Shown: piece after piece, positions 50,268 through 54,692 of the stretch | Numbering within the stretch: the first letter of the stretch is position 1 | Layout of the letters: each line of letters starts with the position of its first letter | IMG/VR virus record: IMGVR_UViG_3300016464_000352 | Span: 1 to 54,692 of that record | Source: a virus | Taxonomy: Duplodnaviria; Caudoviricetes | Direction: 5' to 3' (one strand) | Length of the DNA stretch: 54,692 nucleotides | Position numbers and translations under genes: made by a program | Notes under the pieces: model-generated | What the model saw: the letters and a program-made list of their open reading frames with translations, nothing else | Told to the model about the DNA's origin: nothing | Database searches by the model: none

Positions 50268-50526
50268 ACCATATAAAGATGAATTTTTTTCTGATTTCTT
50301 TATAAGAACATTTTATCTTAATAAACCATCTGAAGATTTTATCTGGCATAGAGATAAAAGAGATAGAGTTATATCAATTATTTCAGGTAAAGGCTGGAAA
50401 CTTCAGATGGATAATGAAATGCCCATTGATTTAATACAAAGAAAAGTATATCGTATTCCAAAAGAAACTTTTCATAGGCTCCTGAAAGGATCTACTGATT
50501 TGATAATAAAGGTGATGGAAAAATAA
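50125..50526 (+). CDS. Cupin-like protein (true start uncertain, domain from ~50260)
   Basis: WHRDKRDR...GWKLQMDNEMP...FHRLLKG. Confidence 0.6.
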   Translation: MITQKEKNHLQQDINAQQKPIKLLRDIGLVDRIDILEQRQQQEQDIGKPYKDEFFSDFFIRTFYLNKPSEDFIWHRDKRDRVISIISGKGWKLQMDNEMPIDLIQRKVYRIPKETFHRLLKGSTDLIIKVMEK

Positions 50527-50561
50527 ATATATACCTCGTAACTAAAAATTCGAGGTATATT

Positions 50562-50735
50562 ATGAAATCTTACATATTTGAAATATCGGTATTACATTTA
50601 AATCTATTCTCATTTATGTTAGGTATGACATTCGCCTCGTTTTTATCGTGGTATAAAAGAACCTCTTTTATGTTTATTGTGGCATACTTTATGGGACTAT
50701 CATTCTATTATTCAACTATTAAACCCATTTTATGA
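50562..50735 (+). CDS. Small membrane protein (57 aa)
   Basis: Manual translation, two hydrophobic stretches, GAGG RBS, ATGA overlap. Confidence 0.5.
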   Translation: MKSYIFEISVLHLNLFSFMLGMTFASFLSWYKRTSFMFIVAYFMGLSFYYSTIKPIL

Positions 50736-51574
50736 AAATCGCATACGCATCTGACATACACCTCGAATTCGGTCCTATTTCTCTAAAAAACACGGAAAAT
50801 GCTGATGCCCTAATATTGGCCGGAGATATTCTTGTCGATAATGATCTTTATCACGATGGAGAAGTACATAATTCAGGAGAAAGAATTATTAAAATTGGCA
50901 AGAGCGAAAGGTTCCATGAGTTCTTTAAAGAGGTGTGTAAAGAATTTCCTCATGTAATCTATATTTGCGGTAATCATGAACATTATAATGGAGATATAAC
51001 TAAAACGTATAATAATCTATATGATAAGTTTGGATATCTATCTAATCTTCATATAATGGATAGCTCAGTATTTCATTTCGGAAACGTTACCTTCTTCGGA
51101 GGCACTCTCTGGACTGATATGAATAAAAATGATCCTATTACTCTATGGGATATGAAAAAATTCATGAACGATTTTCAAATAATCAAGAATAGCGCCAGAA
51201 TGTTAGGCGGGTATAAACCGGCTAAATTTACTCCAGAAGATTCGGTTAATCTACATTACGATTTCCTGGAAAAATTAAAGAAGGTTCTGGAAAAGGAAGA
51301 ATACAATAAGATAGTAGTAGTTGGGCATCATGCTCCATCTAAACAAAGTACCCATGAACTATATAAAAATCAAACAATTAGTAATGGATCATACTCTTCT
51401 GATCTGGATGATTTTATTATTAATAATCCAAAAATTAAATTATGGGTTCATGGGCATACTCATTACCCTTTCGATTATAATATTGGATCTACCAGAATAG
51501 TTTGTAATCCTAGAGGATATATTAAACATGAACAAAGCGCAAAAGAGTTTTCGCTAAAATTCTTAGAGGTATAA
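50732..51574 (+). CDS. Calcineurin-like metallophosphoesterase
   Basis: SDIHLE, LAGD, GNHE, HHAP, HGHTH, NPRGY. Confidence 0.92.
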   Translation: MKIAYASDIHLEFGPISLKNTENADALILAGDILVDNDLYHDGEVHNSGERIIKIGKSERFHEFFKEVCKEFPHVIYICGNHEHYNGDITKTYNNLYDKFGYLSNLHIMDSSVFHFGNVTFFGGTLWTDMNKNDPITLWDMKKFMNDFQIIKNSARMLGGYKPAKFTPEDSVNLHYDFLEKLKKVLEKEEYNKIVVVGHHAPSKQSTHELYKNQTISNGSYSSDLDDFIINNPKIKLWVHGHTHYPFDYNIGSTRIVCNPRGYIKHEQSAKEFSLKFLEV

Positions 51575-51597
51575 AAGGGAGCTTCGGCTCCTTTTTT
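51573..51597 (+). terminator. Rho-independent terminator with cUUCGg loop
   Basis: ggagc-ttcg-gctcc-tttttt. Confidence 0.85.
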
Positions 51598-51636
51598 ATG
51601 TTTAAATAATAAATACTAATATTTAGAGTCCATTTA

Positions 51637-53010
51637 ATGTTATCTTTCAAATTATTCCTAGAACAATATAATACAAGCGAATTTTTAATCTTTGAAGATT
51701 TAAATGATTCTCAAAAAAGTATCATGAATTCAATGATTAAGGGAATAGTTCCAGCTGGACCAAAAATATCCGCTCACATTCCTGGATTTGAAAATGGTAC
51801 TTTGTCTATTCCATATAAACCCGAAGAAACTGAACAAGCTCCAAAATTACATCCAGAGGTAGATAAATATCTTCGTCAGAAAGGTTTTAATCCAATATCT
51901 ACAACTCATGCAGAAAAAGAGATAGAAACAACTATTCCATCCGGACCAAGAAAAGGAGAAGTTGTTAAAAAAATTCAGCAACAAAGTATTGGTAAAATTT
52001 TATCAGATAATCCAGAATTACAAAAAATTCATGCTGAACAAGGAGCAAAGGCCGGAGCTAAAGGCGGAGAATTTAAAGTAACAATACACAATGGAGAAAA
52101 TCCAGAAGATATTTTTAGAATGTCATCTGGTAATAAACAAACAGAATCTGGGAAGGAACCATGGACTTCTTGTATGGCTTTACCTAATCCAGAAAGTTCA
52201 GACGAAAAGGAAAAAATTGGAGGTATGCATCATCAATATTTGGGACAAGATTATGAACACGGAACTCATGTTGCATATGTTCACAGAGACGGTCGTATAA
52301 TAGGTAGAGTTGCTCTTAAACCATTCAAGGGACCAACAGGACATATTATCCTCAGAGCAGAAAGACACGGTAATGGCAAAATGAAATTTTATGGTTCTCA
52401 GGATTCATCAGGAACTGCAGAAAAAGTAATAAGCGATTTCGAAGAGAAAAACTTCCCGATGAACTCTTCTGAACCATTTTATCAAAAAAACCCTAATGTT
52501 TATGATGACGAGAATTTAAATACCGGAAATAAAAAAATAATTTATAACGGTAATCCTAATTCAGAAACTTTACACAAATTTCTTAGAAGTAAAAATTCAG
52601 AAACAGTAAGAGGAATGTTAAAGCATCCAGAGATTTCTTCAGAACACCTTGATACTGCCATGAAACATTCAGATAAATCCGTAAGGAACGAAGCTCTAGC
52701 TCACCCAAATATTAACATTAGACATCTAGAAAAAGTTATGACATCAATTGATGATCATGATGGTCGAGCTGCTGCTATGACTAATCCTAACGTTCCTGGA
52801 CATTTATTAGAAAAAGGATTAAACGATATAGTTCCTGACGTCAGGTTATCCGCAGTTAAAAATAAAAAAGTTACTTTGGATCAATTACAAGATCTTAAAT
52901 CCAGAGAAAAGAATAATGGTGTATTAGCTACAATAAATCGAAGAATCACTCAAAAAATAACTGCAGCTAAACTAGCAGCAATGAGAAATAATCCATATAA
53001 TATCAGATAA
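51637..53010 (+). CDS. Putative capsid-internal protein with C-terminal LRV/HEAT-like repeats
   Basis: MLSFKLFLE N-term, WTSCM motif, VR-x2-A...(H/N)PN repeats; ATAAATA upstream. Confidence 0.7.
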   Translation: MLSFKLFLEQYNTSEFLIFEDLNDSQKSIMNSMIKGIVPAGPKISAHIPGFENGTLSIPYKPEETEQAPKLHPEVDKYLRQKGFNPISTTHAEKEIETTIPSGPRKGEVVKKIQQQSIGKILSDNPELQKIHAEQGAKAGAKGGEFKVTIHNGENPEDIFRMSSGNKQTESGKEPWTSCMALPNPESSDEKEKIGGMHHQYLGQDYEHGTHVAYVHRDGRIIGRVALKPFKGPTGHIILRAERHGNGKMKFYGSQDSSGTAEKVISDFEEKNFPMNSSEPFYQKNPNVYDDENLNTGNKKIIYNGNPNSETLHKFLRSKNSETVRGMLKHPEISSEHLDTAMKHSDKSVRNEALAHPNINIRHLEKVMTSIDDHDGRAAAMTNPNVPGHLLEKGLNDIVPDVRLSAVKNKKVTLDQLQDLKSREKNNGVLATINRRITQKITAAKLAAMRNNPYNIR

Positions 53011-53120
53011 AAAACCAAGCAAGAAAACAAAGAGCAGTTATAGAGAAATACCAGAGGAGACAATAAAAAATTCCCCTGAGCATTTCTCTTATTTCTTGCT
53101 TGGTCACATTTTTAATGTCA

Positions 53121-54275
53121 TCAAATCAAACCGCGAATTCTTGAATTGGGATTATTTCTGGCTGCGTATACAACGCTTGGGTCGGAATCGGATAAAGCCA
53201 TCCTTAAATGATTTTTATTGGCATTTCTGTGAGCAGCAGCATTCCTTCTCACAAAAGGATTATCATCTCTTATCGCTTTATCTAAATGAGATTCGTTTGC
53301 ATTAGGGTTAATAGCAGCAGCGGCTCGCACGTTAATGTTTTTTGATTCCAGAGCTTTATCTATATGCCTTGACTTTGCCTTCGGATTCATTGCTGCCACA
53401 GCAGCAATCCTATGAGTATCTTCCAGAGCATCATCTAAATCTTCATCAGTAACATCGGAACTCTTTGCCCTTTCCAATCTTTTCTCCGGAGTTCCTCTCT
53501 TAATCGCTCTTTCTACATGAGGTGATAATGTAGGGATATTTCTTAATCTTTCTACGTTTTCTTTGCTTATACCGCTGCCTTCTGAAGCAATATGGCTTAT
53601 GAAATTAGGGCTTAATTCTTCCAGACGTTTTGTGTTTCTTTCTATATCTTCATCTCTGACATTACGATGAATGGTTCCATGATGAATTACTGTACCGTCT
53701 GGCTGCACTTCGCTTCTATGAATCTTTATTGTAGTATTTCTTGGTAATAAAAATTCTTTTTCGTGTGGGAATGCATTATCGCCAAGGTATGACCCTTTGT
53801 CATCTTTATTTAATTCTAAAGATAAAACGTGACCCTTTTCCTTAGCTTCTTTCTTATTAGCAAAATTGATTGCGGAATCTCTTGATATTGATGTGCTGGT
53901 ATATGCCGGAAGATGTAATAATCCTTCTTTATTCATCAAGGGTCTGGGGTCAAATCCCATTCCGGAATGAACAGTCAATTTTCTGCCAACTTTTTTATTT
54001 GTTATTGAATCCATTGTTGGTAAACTTATACCATGTACAGTTCCTTTTGCAGTTTGTCCAAGGTGATGATGTCCAACCAAAGAAGCATTAACAGGAAAGG
54101 AACTGTTTGCGAATTCTTTTATTTCTTTTAATTGTTTTGGAGTAAATTTTGTAGATGAACTTAATTCATTATGAAGCACATCTTCGGATTCAAACATACT
54201 AGAATCTTGACCTCCATGATAAATTATTACAGAGGGTATTTTTTCCTTTTGTATGAATTGTTTAAACCTTAACAT
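53121..54275 (-). CDS. ADP-ribosyltransferase (Alt/VIP2-like) with LRV/HEAT-like repeats
   Basis: YTSTS, EKEFLLPRNT; MLRFKQFI N-term; VR-x2-AA-x-NPN repeats. Confidence 0.8.
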   Translation of the reverse strand: MLRFKQFIQKEKIPSVIIYHGGQDSSMFESEDVLHNELSSSTKFTPKQLKEIKEFANSSFPVNASLVGHHHLGQTAKGTVHGISLPTMDSITNKKVGRKLTVHSGMGFDPRPLMNKEGLLHLPAYTSTSISRDSAINFANKKEAKEKGHVLSLELNKDDKGSYLGDNAFPHEKEFLLPRNTTIKIHRSEVQPDGTVIHHGTIHRNVRDEDIERNTKRLEELSPNFISHIASEGSGISKENVERLRNIPTLSPHVERAIKRGTPEKRLERAKSSDVTDEDLDDALEDTHRIAAVAAMNPKAKSRHIDKALESKNINVRAAAAINPNANESHLDKAIRDDNPFVRRNAAAHRNANKNHLRMALSDSDPSVVYAARNNPNSRIRGLI

Positions 54276-54276
54276 G

Positions 54277-54692
54277 TTATTTTCCTAGTAGTTTCTTATG
54301 TTCATCGTTTAAATATCCGTAATGAGTCGCATGCAAAATATCAATATTAGCATGAGTTCCTGATTTAATTTTCTCTGTTAAACCGTCAGCAAGTAGTTTC
54401 TTATGTTCATCGTTTAAATATCTGAACTCTTTTGCATCTTTCATATCATCGCTAATATAAGGAGTTCCGGATTTAATTTTCTTCGTTAAACCATCAGCAA
54501 GTAGTTTCTTATGTTCATCGTTAAAATATCCTTTATTTTTGGCATGATAAAGATCATTCCAAGTATGATTTCCTGCTTGTATCTTCTTTGTTAATGCTCC
54601 AGGAAGCATTCTCTTATGTTCATCGGTTAAATATTTGTTATAAGTTGCATCATCAATATCTTCTGGAGTATGAGTTCCTGCTTTAATTTTCT
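54277..54692 (-). CDS. ~33-aa repeat protein, 5' truncated at window edge
   Basis: YLNDEHKKLLADGLTKKIKSGT units; frame stays open from 54609 to the edge. Confidence 0.75.
   Translation of the reverse strand, partial: KIKAGTHTPEDIDDATYNKYLTDEHKRMLPGALTKKIQAGNHTWNDLYHAKNKGYFNDEHKKLLADGLTKKIKSGTPYISDDMKDAKEFRYLNDEHKKLLADGLTEKIKSGTHANIDILHATHYGYLNDEHKKLLGK

Noticed and set aside
1-54692. Stop-codon reassignment
   Set aside because: Long conserved genes are intact in code 11 and TAA, TAG and TGA all end genes at sensible boundaries

Overview
AT-rich, densely coding fragment of a large T4-like (Straboviridae/Kyanoviridae-style) dsDNA phage, read with standard code 11. 1-23.3 kb is mostly minus-strand small accessory genes: an RNA ligase, five HREDGPA-repeat proteins, a six-gene tandem paralog operon, a HAD nucleotidase, a DexA-like exonuclease and a vWA/peptidase. 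It also holds a circularly permuted (two-piece) tmRNA. 23.4-53 kb is mostly plus-strand: a HicA-like protein, MoxR AAA, split gp5-like baseplate spike, SleB hydrolase, GroES, SPFH, and a DNA ligase fractured by a split intein with an antisense HNH endonuclease between the halves. Next comes a ~9 kb array of ~27 one-promoter-per-gene cassettes, most carrying the palindrome GGCCATGGATGGCC between -35 and -10. After it lie a non-coding 45-bp tandem repeat, a lysis-like trio, and probable capsid-internal proteins including an ADP-ribosyltransferase. The first 109 bp are a perfect inverted copy of 36617-36725. All family calls come from motif recognition by eye; no searches were run.
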